DNA from: an uncultured Desulfarculaceae bacterium
GTDB taxonomy: Bacteria; Desulfobacterota; Desulfarculia; Desulfarculales; Desulfarculaceae
Reading direction: 5' to 3'
DNA length: 51,446 bases
NCBI GenBank assembly: GCA_937908275.1
Contig: CALERA010000017.1
Coordinates: 1 to 51,446, forward strand
The notes under the pieces were generated by a model that saw only the letters and a program-made list of their open reading frames with translations, did no database searches and was not told the origin of the DNA. This document shows positions 38,883 to 48,340 of this stretch, one piece after another (the stretch's first letter is position 1; each line of letters opens with the position of its first letter). The position numbers and the translations under genes are program-made.

Positions 38883-39890
38883 CTAGACGGCGCCGCTGAT
38901 GACCTTGCCCAGGACCTTGGGCCGGATGCGGTCCAGGATCGGGGTCAAGGTGTTCAGTAACAACACCGCGTAGAACGCGCCATCCACCCAGGCGCCCCAG
39001 GTGCGCACGATCACGGTCATGACGCCCACCCCCAGGCCGAAGATGAGCGCGCCCCAGGGAGTCACCGGGCTGCTCACCGGCTCGGGAGCCAGGAAGAAGG
39101 CGGTGATCATCAACCCGCCGGTGGCCAGATGGAACCAGGCCACCTTCAGGTTGGCGGCCAGGCCCTCCATGCCCATCTCCAGCAGGCGGGAGTCGGTGTA
39201 GGCCGCCACCAGGGACATCAGCACGCAGCCCAGCAGGGCCCCCACCGGGATTTGCCAGGGAATCAGGCGACGGATGATCAGGTAGAGCCCGCCGGCGATC
39301 AGGGCCAGGCTGCCGGTGGCGCCGATGGCGCCGGGGGCGTTGCCCACCCAGAGGTCCCACAGCTCGAAGATTTCCAGGGAGCCGATGTCGTTCTTCAACG
39401 CCATCAGCGGGGTCTCGGTCACCGCGAAGTCGCCGCCGCTGCCCAGGGCCACCGGGGCGAAGTAGGCGTTCATGTGCTCGGGCCAGGAGAGGGACAGGGC
39501 CACCCAGGCCACCAGCACCGGGTTCATGGGGTAGTTGCCCAAACCGCCGAAGACCATCTTTCCCAGGATGATGGTCAGGGCGCCGCCCACCACCGGGATC
39601 CACCAGGGGACGCCGGCCGGCAGGATCAGGCCCAGCAACAGGCCCAGGAGCACCGCGTGCAGGTCGTGGATCCGGTTGGGCAGGCTGGTCACCCGCACCG
39701 CGATGATCTCGGTGACCAGGGCCGAGGCCACGGTCAGCAGCACCACCGACAGGCCGGGGAAGCCGAAGTAGTAGAAGCCGGTGATCAGGGCCGGGGCCAG
39801 GGCCAGCATGAACTCCAGGTGCATGGAGCGGATGGTGGTCCGTCCCAGCCAGTGGGGGGACGTGGATACGGTCAGAAGCGGAGAGCTCAT
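38883..39890 (-). CDS. rnfD: Rnf subunit D
   Basis: Motifs SPH, GKMVFGGLG.YPMNP, TPL and AFFLA.EPVSSP. ATG at 39890 overlaps the rnfC stop. Confidence 0.92.
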   Translation of the reverse strand: MSSPLLTVSTSPHWLGRTTIRSMHLEFMLALAPALITGFYYFGFPGLSVVLLTVASALVTEIIAVRVTSLPNRIHDLHAVLLGLLLGLILPAGVPWWIPVVGGALTIILGKMVFGGLGNYPMNPVLVAWVALSLSWPEHMNAYFAPVALGSGGDFAVTETPLMALKNDIGSLEIFELWDLWVGNAPGAIGATGSLALIAGGLYLIIRRLIPWQIPVGALLGCVLMSLVAAYTDSRLLEMGMEGLAANLKVAWFHLATGGLMITAFFLAPEPVSSPVTPWGALIFGLGVGVMTVIVRTWGAWVDGAFYAVLLLNTLTPILDRIRPKVLGKVISGAV

Positions 39891-41257
39891 TCTTCCATCC
39901 TCCTGGCCAGGACCTCGCTTTTGCCATGCCGGAAGTAGTGGACCATGGGCCGGCGGGCTGGGCAGACGTAGGCGCAGACGCCGCATTCGATGCAGTGGAA
40001 CAGGTCGGCCTCGGCCGCGTCCTCGAAGCGCTGGAACTCGCAGAGCTTGCTCAGCTCGGAGGGCACCAGGTTCACCGGGCAGGACGCCACGCAGCGGCCG
40101 CAGTGGATGCAGGGGTGGTCGTCGTAGCGGCGCAGGTGCTCGGCCGCCTGGACGAAGACGCCCTCGGTCTCCTTGGTGATGGGGGTCAGGGTGTCGAAGT
40201 GGGCGAAGCCCATCATGGGACCGCCCACGATGATCTTGCCCGACCCGCCCACCGCGCCGCCGGCGGCCTTGATGGCCTCGGCGATGGGGGTGCCCAGCCG
40301 GGCCAGGTAGGCCTGGGGCTTGGCCACGTCGCCGGCCACCGCGAAGACCCGCTCCAGGTTGGGCTTGGCGCTGATCAGCACCCGGCCCACCTCCAGGGCG
40401 GTGACCAGGGGCTCCACCACCACGCCCACGTCGCGGGGCTCGCCATAGGGCGTGGGCACCTCGCGGCCGGTGAGGCTCATCACCAGCAGGTTGTCGGTGC
40501 AGTAGGGGAAGTGGGTGGTGCTCTGGGAGCTCACTTCCCACTCCCGCAGTCGGGCCAGGGCCATGACCTCGTTGGCCACCTGGCCGGAGGGAACCGCCAG
40601 GATCACCTTCTCCGCGCCGCTGATGCGCTTCAGGGCGGTGACGCCCAGGTCCAGCTCGGTCAGGTTCAGCCCGGCCAGGGCGGCCTGGTTGGGGCAGACC
40701 GGGGGATCGTGGTCCAGGGCCCGGATCACCAGGGTGTCGGTGGGCCGCACCACCGGGATGCCGGTCATGAACAGGTAGGACCGGGGGGCCATGGGCGGGG
40801 ACAGGTCCACGTGCAGGGGCAGGCCGTGGCTGGCCGCGCGCACCAGGCCCGCCTCGCGGATGCGCCGCAACAGGCGGGTGGGCCGGGCCTTGGCCACCTC
40901 GTCGGGATCCGACAGCGGGGGACGGACCTCGCCCTCGGGCGTGGCCCAGATGTCCTGGCCGTCGTTGAGGATGACGATGGTGGGCACCGGCTGTCCGGCC
41001 GGGTCGGCGAAGTCGCGGATCGCCTCCACCGTGCCGCTGACCGGACTCAGGACCACCGCGCTGTCGAATTCCTCGGAGCTGCCCAGCAGCTGACCCATGC
41101 CGACCTGCTGCCCGGGCTCCACCTTGGCCTGGCAGACCGAGCCGCGGTGCTGGCGCAGGGGCAGGTAGAGCCGCTCGGGAGGCGGCAGGGGGGTGGGGGG
41201 GCCGAAGGCAGTGCCGCGGGGCAATCGAACGCCTTTGAACCAAGTTGCGATGCTCAT
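39887..41257 (-). CDS. rnfC: RnfC-like subunit with degenerate NADH/FMN-binding motifs
   Basis: PLRQH, SPVSGTV, GTPI, GGPMMG and two ferredoxin motifs (CIHCGRCVASCP, CIECGVCAYVCP). First gene of the rnf operon. Confidence 0.88.
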   Translation of the reverse strand: MSIATWFKGVRLPRGTAFGPPTPLPPPERLYLPLRQHRGSVCQAKVEPGQQVGMGQLLGSSEEFDSAVVLSPVSGTVEAIRDFADPAGQPVPTIVILNDGQDIWATPEGEVRPPLSDPDEVAKARPTRLLRRIREAGLVRAASHGLPLHVDLSPPMAPRSYLFMTGIPVVRPTDTLVIRALDHDPPVCPNQAALAGLNLTELDLGVTALKRISGAEKVILAVPSGQVANEVMALARLREWEVSSQSTTHFPYCTDNLLVMSLTGREVPTPYGEPRDVGVVVEPLVTALEVGRVLISAKPNLERVFAVAGDVAKPQAYLARLGTPIAEAIKAAGGAVGGSGKIIVGGPMMGFAHFDTLTPITKETEGVFVQAAEHLRRYDDHPCIHCGRCVASCPVNLVPSELSKLCEFQRFEDAAEADLFHCIECGVCAYVCPARRPMVHYFRHGKSEVLARRMEE

Positions 41258-41447
41258 GCGGGGTTACTCCTAAGCTGGCGGCGGGCCGCAGCCCGGGCCG
41301 GGGGCTGGGAAAATCCCGGCCGGTGAACAATGCCGCACCCGGCTCGGCCGCGCCCTGGACCCGCTTCCGGGGCCTGGGCCGATGCCGTGGACCTCTGTAT
41401 CCTTGTTTGGGCCCGCAGGCCCGGTCGTCACCTGTCCGTGGCGCCTC

Positions 41448-42548
41448 TCAGCGGGGCAGGGAGACCGTGAAGGTCGTGCCCTGGCCTTGCTGTGAATGCA
41501 CGCTGATATCTCCCCGGTGGGCCTTGACCACACGCCTGGCGATGGAGAGCCCCAGGCCGGTTCCGGGTTTGTTCTTCAGCTCCGGGCTCTTGGAGCGGAA
41601 AAAGTCATCGAAGATAAAGGGCAGCTCGGCCTCCGGAATGCCGGGCCCCTGGTCCGAGACGCCGAGGTCCACCTGGTAGGGATGGACCGCGACCCCCAGG
41701 GTGACTTTACCCCCCGGGCGGTTGTACTTCACCGCGTTGCTGGTCAGGTTGTAGAGGGCCTCCAGCAGGGTCTCCCGATCCAGCGAAAGCTCCACCGCGC
41801 CGGGATCACCTTCCACGACCAACTCCTGGCCGGCGGCCTGGGCCTCCAGCCCGGTGCGTTCGGCCAGGGTGGTCACCAGCTCGGCCAGGGCCACCGGGGC
41901 CCGGCGCTCGGCGATGCCGGCCTCGGCCAGGCGGCTCATGGCCAGCCAGGCGTTCAGGGAGTTGAGCAGTTCGTCCATGCGGAAGACCGCCCGGTCCATC
42001 AGCTCGCCATAGGCCGGGGGCAGGGGCCCCAGGCTCTGCTTGACCATCACCTCCAGCAACTGGCGCACCGCCGCCAGGGGCGAGCGCATCTGGTGGCTGA
42101 CCAGGGTCACGAAGTTGGCCTCCATGCGGGCCTTCTCTTCGCGCAGCTCCTTGGCCTCCAGCTCCAGGAAGCGCCGCTCCAGGCCCCGGCCCACCACGTG
42201 CTTGAGCTCGTCGGGGCTGAAGGGCTTGGGCAGGAAGTCGTAGGCGCCCTGCTTCATGGCGTCCACCGCCGATTGCAGGGTGGCGTGGCCGGTGACCATC
42301 ACGCAGACGATGGCCGGATCGAACTCCCGCACCCCGGACAGGACCTCCAGGCCGCTGATGCCCGGCATCTGCAGGTCCACCAGCACCAGGTCCGGGGGCT
42401 CCTGGCGCATCAGGTGCAGGCCCTTCTCGCCATGTTCGGCCAGGTTGACCCGGTAGCCCCAGCGGGTGAGCAACACCTGCGCCGACTCACGCGCCACCTC
42501 GTCGTCGTCGATGGCCAGGATGAGGGGCTTTACCGAACGCAGGGGCAT
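41448..42548 (-). CDS. Cytoplasmic hybrid receiver-histidine kinase
   Basis: Receiver motifs DDD, DLQMPG and KP. H-box SHQMRSPL, NAVKY, DQGPGI and GTGLGL. Confidence 0.92.
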   Translation of the reverse strand: MPLRSVKPLILAIDDDEVARESAQVLLTRWGYRVNLAEHGEKGLHLMRQEPPDLVLVDLQMPGISGLEVLSGVREFDPAIVCVMVTGHATLQSAVDAMKQGAYDFLPKPFSPDELKHVVGRGLERRFLELEAKELREEKARMEANFVTLVSHQMRSPLAAVRQLLEVMVKQSLGPLPPAYGELMDRAVFRMDELLNSLNAWLAMSRLAEAGIAERRAPVALAELVTTLAERTGLEAQAAGQELVVEGDPGAVELSLDRETLLEALYNLTSNAVKYNRPGGKVTLGVAVHPYQVDLGVSDQGPGIPEAELPFIFDDFFRSKSPELKNKPGTGLGLSIARRVVKAHRGDISVHSQQGQGTTFTVSLPR

Positions 42549-42652
42549 GCTTGCACCGATTCCCAATGCTCATGTTGCGGACGCTGGCAATCATCACCCG
42601 GACAGAAGGTCTTGCCGCCTGCCGGAGCCAACGCCAGGATCACGGACCGGAG

Positions 42653-43051
42653 TCAGCCGGCCAGGAGCTTGTCGACCTTTGCCAAAAGGACTTCGGCGGT
42701 GAAGGGCTTGTCCAGGTACTCGTCCCCCTGGGCCAGCTTGGCTTCGGGAGGCAGGGTGAAGCGTTCGCCGGCGATGGTCTTGACCGCCGAGCACATCAGG
42801 ACCGGAACGTCGCGGTAATCCATGTACTCGGGGGTGCCGCGCAGGGTGGTGGTGACCGAGAAACCCTCGTAGATCGAGTCCATCATGATGTCGAGCACGA
42901 TCAGGTCCGGGTCCTCGGCCTTGACCGCCTCCAGGCCTTTTTTGCCGTCCGGGGCGGTGCTTACCTGATGACCGGCCGCTTGCAGGATGGCCTTGGTCGC
43001 CAGGGTGTAGTCAGCGTCATCATCAATGATGAGGATCTTGGCCATGGCCAA
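42653..43051 (-). CDS. Single-domain response regulator
   Basis: Motifs ILIIDDD, LDIMM, SA and KP. Confidence 0.92.
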   Translation of the reverse strand: MAMAKILIIDDDADYTLATKAILQAAGHQVSTAPDGKKGLEAVKAEDPDLIVLDIMMDSIYEGFSVTTTLRGTPEYMDYRDVPVLMCSAVKTIAGERFTLPPEAKLAQGDEYLDKPFTAEVLLAKVDKLLAG

Positions 43052-43092
43052 CCCCCGAGCTTGTGTAGGTTATCACTTGTGCAACCGCGCTC

Positions 43093-43121
43093 ACATTAAT
43101 CCGGGTTGCGCCTCAAGTCAA
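43093..43121 (-). promoter_or_regulatory. Putative sigma70 promoter for the response regulator
   Basis: TTGACT-17 nt-TAATGT. Confidence 0.5.
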
Positions 43122-43150
43122 TCCCATTGCACAACAACGGGTCAACTAGC

Positions 43151-43729
43151 TCAATACTTGTACAAAAATTCCTGGGCCGACGGGTATCGCAGCCGTTTGA
43201 GCAGGATGATCACGTCATAGGGACGCCCCTGGCGATCCACGCGATAATCCTCGAGAATCGCCTTCAGCTCATAACCCAGGCGCTTGAAGGCGGTGATCTG
43301 CTCCTTGCGGTCCACCTGTATTTCAGCCTGCAACAGCATCAGGCCCATGGCCTTGCCCGTCTCGGCCAACTGGCGCAACAGGGTGGATCCCAGGCCCAGG
43401 TCGCGGTACTGGCGGTGCACCAGGCACTCCACCAGGGCGCGATGGGCCGCGGCCCAGGACCCGCGCAGCAGGTAGGCGTAGCCGGCCATGCGGTCGCCGG
43501 CCTCGGGATCAAAGGCGGCCAGCACCCGCAGCCGGTCGCCGCCCAGGCGGCCCAGGCGGCGGGTCATGGCCTCGATATCCTTGAGGTCCTGGTTCAGCAG
43601 GCGGACCTCGTCGTCGGTCAGGTCCTCCATGAAGGCCCGCACCGCCGGGATGTCCGCCGGCTCCAGCCATTTCAGGCCCACCTCGCGGCCGTCGTTGATG
43701 CTCACGCTGCTAAGGTATGGGCCGGGCAT
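43151..43729 (-). CDS. GNAT family N-acetyltransferase
   Basis: Motifs VHRQYRDLGLGSTL and FKRLGY. AAGGA RBS. Confidence 0.85.
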   Translation of the reverse strand: MPGPYLSSVSINDGREVGLKWLEPADIPAVRAFMEDLTDDEVRLLNQDLKDIEAMTRRLGRLGGDRLRVLAAFDPEAGDRMAGYAYLLRGSWAAAHRALVECLVHRQYRDLGLGSTLLRQLAETGKAMGLMLLQAEIQVDRKEQITAFKRLGYELKAILEDYRVDRQGRPYDVIILLKRLRYPSAQEFLYKY

Positions 43730-43911
43730 GGAATTCCTTTGGCCGCCACCCCGAGGGGCGGGCAGGGATGGACCGACGCCGCGCCTGGAGAGGGCGGGCT
43801 TGGTCGGCCGCGGATGTCATGACAGGCGGTTAGGGGTTGCTTTGGATCAGCCCTTGGTAACATTAACGGCCGCGGTTTGTCAATGTCCGCCGGAGCGTGG
43901 TGGTCTGGTTG

Positions 43912-43941
43912 TGGACAAGTGCAGGGCCAGACGAATATAAT
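43912..43941 (+). promoter_or_regulatory. Putative sigma70 promoter for the cupin-DegT pair
   Basis: TGGACA-18 nt-TATAAT. Confidence 0.5.
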
Positions 43942-43994
43942 CACCGGATCGTCCGGCCAGGAGGGCCGTGGCTGAAACACCCCTGGGGAGAGAC

Positions 43995-44417
43995 ATGGGC
44001 GCGGGAGTCGAAAGATTCGAGGACGCGGGACGCCTGGTGGCGCTGGTCCTGCGGCAAGACGCCGACCTGGGACCGGGGGCGCACTTCCTCACCGGTCCGG
44101 AGATGGGTCAGCAACTGGCCCTGATGGAGCATCCCACTGGTCACCAGATCAAGGCCCATGTGCACAACTCCTCCCCCCGCAAGGTGGAGCTGACCGGCGA
44201 GGTGCTGATCATCCGCCAGGGCCGGCTGCGGGTGAACCTTTTCCGCGAGGACGGCGCGCCCCTGGACAGCCTGGAACTGGGACCGGGCGACGTGATCCTG
44301 CTCAACGGCGGGGCCCACGGCTTCGAGGTCCTGGAGGCCTGCCAGATGATCGAGGTCAAGCAGGGACCCTACCTGGGTCTGGGCGACAAGCGCCTGCTCT
44401 TCCAGGAGAAAGCATGA
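43995..44417 (+). CDS. Cupin-fold protein of the type found in sugar-nucleotide loci
   Basis: Motifs AHVH, EVL, GDVILL..GAHGF and EVKQGPY. ATG follows GGAG. Confidence 0.8.
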   Translation: MGAGVERFEDAGRLVALVLRQDADLGPGAHFLTGPEMGQQLALMEHPTGHQIKAHVHNSSPRKVELTGEVLIIRQGRLRVNLFREDGAPLDSLELGPGDVILLNGGAHGFEVLEACQMIEVKQGPYLGLGDKRLLFQEKA

Positions 44418-45547
44418 GCGCAGCGGAGTTCATCCCGGTCTGTGAGCCGCTGTTGGCCGGCAACGAGGCGGCCTACGTCAGCGACTGCGTGACCAGCGGC
44501 TGGATCAGCTCGGCCGGGGACTACCTGGCCCGCTTCGAGCAGGGCATGGCCGCGCTGTGCCAGGTGGGCCACGGCGTGGCCTGCGCCAACGGCACCGCGG
44601 CCCTGCACCTGGCCTGCGCCGCCCTGGGCCTGGGCCCGGGCGACGAGGTTATCTGCCCGGCCTTTTCCATCATCAGCACCGCCAACAGCATCGTGCAGAC
44701 CGGGGCCACCCCGGTCCTGGTGGACGTGGAGCCCGACACCCTCTGCCTGGACCCGGCCCTGACCGCCCAGGCCGTGACCCCCCGCACCAGGGCCATCATG
44801 CCGGTGCACATGTACGGTCACCCGGCCGAGATGGACCCCCTCATGGACCTGGCCCGTCAACACGGCCTGGCCGTGATCGAGGACGCGGCCCAGGTGCACG
44901 GCGGCGGCTACAAAGGCCGGCCCCTGGGCGGCATCGGCCAGATGGGCTGCTTCAGTTTCTTCGCCAACAAGCTCATCACCACCGGCGAGGGCGGGATGGT
45001 GGTCAGCGACGACCCGGAGCTGGCCCAGAAACTGCGCCGGCTGCGCAACCTGGCCCACGGACCCAAGCGCTTCGAGCACCACGAGCTGGGCTTCAACTAT
45101 CGCCTGACCAACCTCCAGGCCGCCCTGGGCCTGGCCCAGTTGGAGCGCCTGGAGGCCACCAAGGCCCGCAAGGCGGCCATTGGCGACCGCTACAACCACA
45201 ACCTGGCCGACCTGCCGGGCGTCACCCTGTACTGGGGCCGCCATCGCCCCCAGGCCTCGCCGGTGATGTGGATGTACGGCCTGCTGCTGCCCCCGGGGCT
45301 GGACCGCGACGCGGCCATGGACCGCCTGCGCGAGCAAGGAGTGGACACCCGGGCCTTTTTCCTGCCCCTGCACCAGCAGCCCATGTACGACGGCGCCCAC
45401 CCCGGCCTGCCCGACCTGCGGGGCGGGCATCCGGTCAGCGAGGACGCCGGCCGGCGGGGGCTCTACCTGCCCTCGGGCGCGGGCCTGAGCGAGGCGCAGG
45501 TGGACCGGGCCAGCCAGGCCCTGCGCGACCTGGTCTTGCGGGGCTAG
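44414..45547 (+). CDS. DegT/DnrJ/EryC1/StrS aminotransferase (perosamine synthase-like)
   Basis: Motifs GWISS, NGTAALH, PVHMYG, EDAAQ, SFFANKLITTGEGG and GFNYR. Confidence 0.93.
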   Translation: MSAAEFIPVCEPLLAGNEAAYVSDCVTSGWISSAGDYLARFEQGMAALCQVGHGVACANGTAALHLACAALGLGPGDEVICPAFSIISTANSIVQTGATPVLVDVEPDTLCLDPALTAQAVTPRTRAIMPVHMYGHPAEMDPLMDLARQHGLAVIEDAAQVHGGGYKGRPLGGIGQMGCFSFFANKLITTGEGGMVVSDDPELAQKLRRLRNLAHGPKRFEHHELGFNYRLTNLQAALGLAQLERLEATKARKAAIGDRYNHNLADLPGVTLYWGRHRPQASPVMWMYGLLLPPGLDRDAAMDRLREQGVDTRAFFLPLHQQPMYDGAHPGLPDLRGGHPVSEDAGRRGLYLPSGAGLSEAQVDRASQALRDLVLRG

Positions 45548-45853
45548 GCGCGCGGCGGCTAATTCCCTCAATCCGGGCGGGTGGCGATCAGCGGTCGGGG
45601 GGCGGCTTCCCGGAACCGTGGCGGGGCGACATGTTCGGGAAATGAACCGCGCGAAGGGCGCGGGAGCAAAAGCACAAATTGGTAAATGGCATTTATCCTT
45701 GACAACTGCGGCTGCGAGCGGCTAAATACCCTAAGTTACTTTGTAGCTTTATTGTAACTGTAGGGTGGCTAAACGCGGAAGCGGCAGGGCTGCCGGCGGG
45801 TCATTTCGGCCCCGGCGGGACCAGTTCAGGAAACCACGGCTGGAGAGGCAAGC

Positions 45854-47719
45854 ATGGACAAGCTTCTGACCCCTGGTGGCGGCAAGACCGAGTTGCTCCT
45901 TGGCAACGAGGCCATCGTGCGCGGGGCCCTGGAGGCGGGGTTGGCCTTCGCCACCTGTTATCCGGGCACACCCTCCTCGGAGGTGCCGGACACCCTGTAT
46001 CGGCTGCGCAAGGCGGAGCCGGACCAGGCGCAGTACTACTTCGAGTATTCCACCAACGAGAAGGTGGCCATGGAGTGCGCCGCCGGCGCGGCCGTGGCCG
46101 GGCTGCGCACCCTGGTGACCATGAAGCACGTGGGCATCAACGTGGCCGCCGACCCCCTGATGACCCTGGCCTACACCGGCGTCAACGGCGGCATGGTCAT
46201 CCTCAGCGCCGACGACCCCTCGCTGTTTTCCAGCCAGAACGAGCAGGACAACCGCTTCTACGCCCGCCTGAGCGGTCTGCCCATGCTGGAGCCCTCCAGC
46301 CCCTCCGAGCTGAAGGAGGCCACCAAGTACGCCTTCGCGCTCAGCGAGCAGCTCACGGTGCCGGTGATGCTGCGCACCACCACCCGGGTCAACCACGCCC
46401 GCGAGGCGGTCAAGTTCGCCAAGCTGCCCAAGGCCAAGACCCAGGTCGAGTTCAAGAAGGACCCCTTCCGCTTCGTCACCGTGCCGGCGGTCAGCCGCCA
46501 GCTCCACCTGCGCCTGCTCAAGGTCTATGAGCAGGCCCAGGCCGTCTCCGAGGCCAGCGAGCTGAACCAGGTCATCGGCAAGGGCAAGCTGGGCGTCATC
46601 ACCTCCGGCGTGGCCGCCAACTACGTCTTCGACGCCCTCAATGACCTCGACGCCGTCGGCAAGGTCAAGGTGCTCAAGCTGGGCCTGACCTGGCCCCTGC
46701 CCGAGAAGATGATCCTGAAGTTCCTGAAGAGCTGCGACAAGGTCCTGGTGGTCGAGGAGCTGGAGCCGCTGATGGAGAACGCGGCCCGGGCCCTGGCCCA
46801 GGAAAACGGGGTCAAGGTCAAGATCGCCGGCAAGGGTCCCAAGCTCTTCAGCCGGGCCTACGAGTTCAACCCCCGCCTGGTGCGCGACGTCATCGGCCAC
46901 CACTTCGGCTTCAAGTACAAGGCCACCAAGGCCCTGGACCTGGCCGACCAGCCGGCCCTGCCCGGACGTCCGCCCACGCTCTGCCCCGGCTGCCCCCACC
47001 GCGCCACCTACTACGCGGTCAAGGAGGTGGTGGGAACCAGCGCCATCCACCCCACGGACATCGGCTGCTACACCCTGGGCATGCTGCCCCCCATCAGCAT
47101 GGCCGACTTCGTGATCTGCATGGGCTCCTCGGTCAGCAGCTCCGGCGGCTTCGCCCGGGCCACCGGCCAGAAGGTGGTCAGCTTCATCGGTGACAGCACC
47201 TTCTTCCACTCCGGCATCACCGGCCTGGTCAACGCGGTGCACAACAACCACAACTTCACCCTGGTGATCCTGGACAACGGCACCACCGCCATGACCGGAC
47301 ACCAGCCCCACCCCGGGGTGGACACCGAGAAGATCGGCGACCCCACCACCCACATCGACATCGAGGGCGTGGTCCGCAGCCTGGGCGTCACCCACATCAC
47401 CACCATCAAGCCCCTGAAGGTCAAGGCCTCGGTGGAGGCCATCAAGGCCGCGGTGGAGTACGAGGGCGTCAGCGTCGTCATCAGCCAGGAGCTCTGCCCG
47501 CTCTTCGCCCGCCGGGTGGCGCCCAAGTCCAGGAAGCCCTTCGAGGTGCGCCTGGACAAGTGCCAGGGCCACCTGGACTGCGTGAAGAAGGTGGCCTGCC
47601 CGGCCATGTTCGTGGAGGACGGCAAGGCCCGCATCAACCCGCTCCAGTGCATCGGCTGCGCGCTCTGCGCCCAGATCTGCCCGGAGAACGCCATCCTGCC
47701 GGTCAAGGCCGAGGCCTAA
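45854..47719 (+). CDS. iorA: Indolepyruvate:ferredoxin oxidoreductase alpha subunit
   Basis: Motifs LLGNEAI, YPGTPSSE, NEKVA, MKHVG, SSQNEQD, CPGCPHR, DIGCY and GDSTF, plus a C-terminal ferredoxin. Confidence 0.95.
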   Translation: MDKLLTPGGGKTELLLGNEAIVRGALEAGLAFATCYPGTPSSEVPDTLYRLRKAEPDQAQYYFEYSTNEKVAMECAAGAAVAGLRTLVTMKHVGINVAADPLMTLAYTGVNGGMVILSADDPSLFSSQNEQDNRFYARLSGLPMLEPSSPSELKEATKYAFALSEQLTVPVMLRTTTRVNHAREAVKFAKLPKAKTQVEFKKDPFRFVTVPAVSRQLHLRLLKVYEQAQAVSEASELNQVIGKGKLGVITSGVAANYVFDALNDLDAVGKVKVLKLGLTWPLPEKMILKFLKSCDKVLVVEELEPLMENAARALAQENGVKVKIAGKGPKLFSRAYEFNPRLVRDVIGHHFGFKYKATKALDLADQPALPGRPPTLCPGCPHRATYYAVKEVVGTSAIHPTDIGCYTLGMLPPISMADFVICMGSSVSSSGGFARATGQKVVSFIGDSTFFHSGITGLVNAVHNNHNFTLVILDNGTTAMTGHQPHPGVDTEKIGDPTTHIDIEGVVRSLGVTHITTIKPLKVKASVEAIKAAVEYEGVSVVISQELCPLFARRVAPKSRKPFEVRLDKCQGHLDCVKKVACPAMFVEDGKARINPLQCIGCALCAQICPENAILPVKAEA

Positions 47720-47731
47720 GGAGGAAGCCAA

Positions 47732-48328
47732 ATGCAAACCCAACGCATCGTCAACGTGGGCGTGGGCGGACAGGGCAACCTGCTGGCCAGCAACCTTCTG
47801 GGCCAGGCGGCCCTGGACGCCGGACTGCCGGTGGTGGTCAGCGAGATCCACGGCATGGCCCAGCGCGGCGGCGTGGTGGAGAGCGCGGTGATCATCGGCG
47901 AGGCCAAGAGCCCCATCGTCAGCGACGCCGAGGCCGACATCATCGTCAGCTTCGAGCCGGTGGAGACCCTGCGCATCCTGAACAAGGCCCACAAGGGCAC
48001 CTTGATCATCACCAACACCCGGCCCCTGCCGCCCTTCACCGTGGCCATCGGCCAGGCCGCCTATCCCGCCCCCGAGGATTCCCTGGCCTATATCCGCCGC
48101 AAGGTCAAGAACGTCATCTCCTTTGACGGCCAGGCCCTGGCCGAGCAGGCCAAGAACCCCCTGAGCCTGAACATGGTCATGCTGGGCGCGCTCTTCGCCG
48201 CCGGCAACCTGCCGGTGCCGGTCAAGTCCATCAAGAAGATGATCAAGGCCAACAGCAAGGAGCGCTTCGTCGCGGCCAACCTGCAGGCCTTCGACCTGGG
48301 CTTCGCCGCCGCTGGCGGCGGCAACTAG
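47732..48328 (+). CDS. iorB: Indolepyruvate:ferredoxin oxidoreductase beta subunit
   Basis: Motifs GVGGQG, SEIHGMAQRGG, NMVMLGA and N..AF..G. Confidence 0.95.
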   Translation: MQTQRIVNVGVGGQGNLLASNLLGQAALDAGLPVVVSEIHGMAQRGGVVESAVIIGEAKSPIVSDAEADIIVSFEPVETLRILNKAHKGTLIITNTRPLPPFTVAIGQAAYPAPEDSLAYIRRKVKNVISFDGQALAEQAKNPLSLNMVMLGALFAAGNLPVPVKSIKKMIKANSKERFVAANLQAFDLGFAAAGGGN

Positions 48329-48340
48329 CGGAAAAGAACG

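Noticed and set aside
39891-41330. 815-aa ORF suggesting a long N-terminal extension or fusion of RnfD
   Set aside because: The upstream part is Arg/Pro/Gly-rich off-frame sequence over rnfC. The real start is at 39890.
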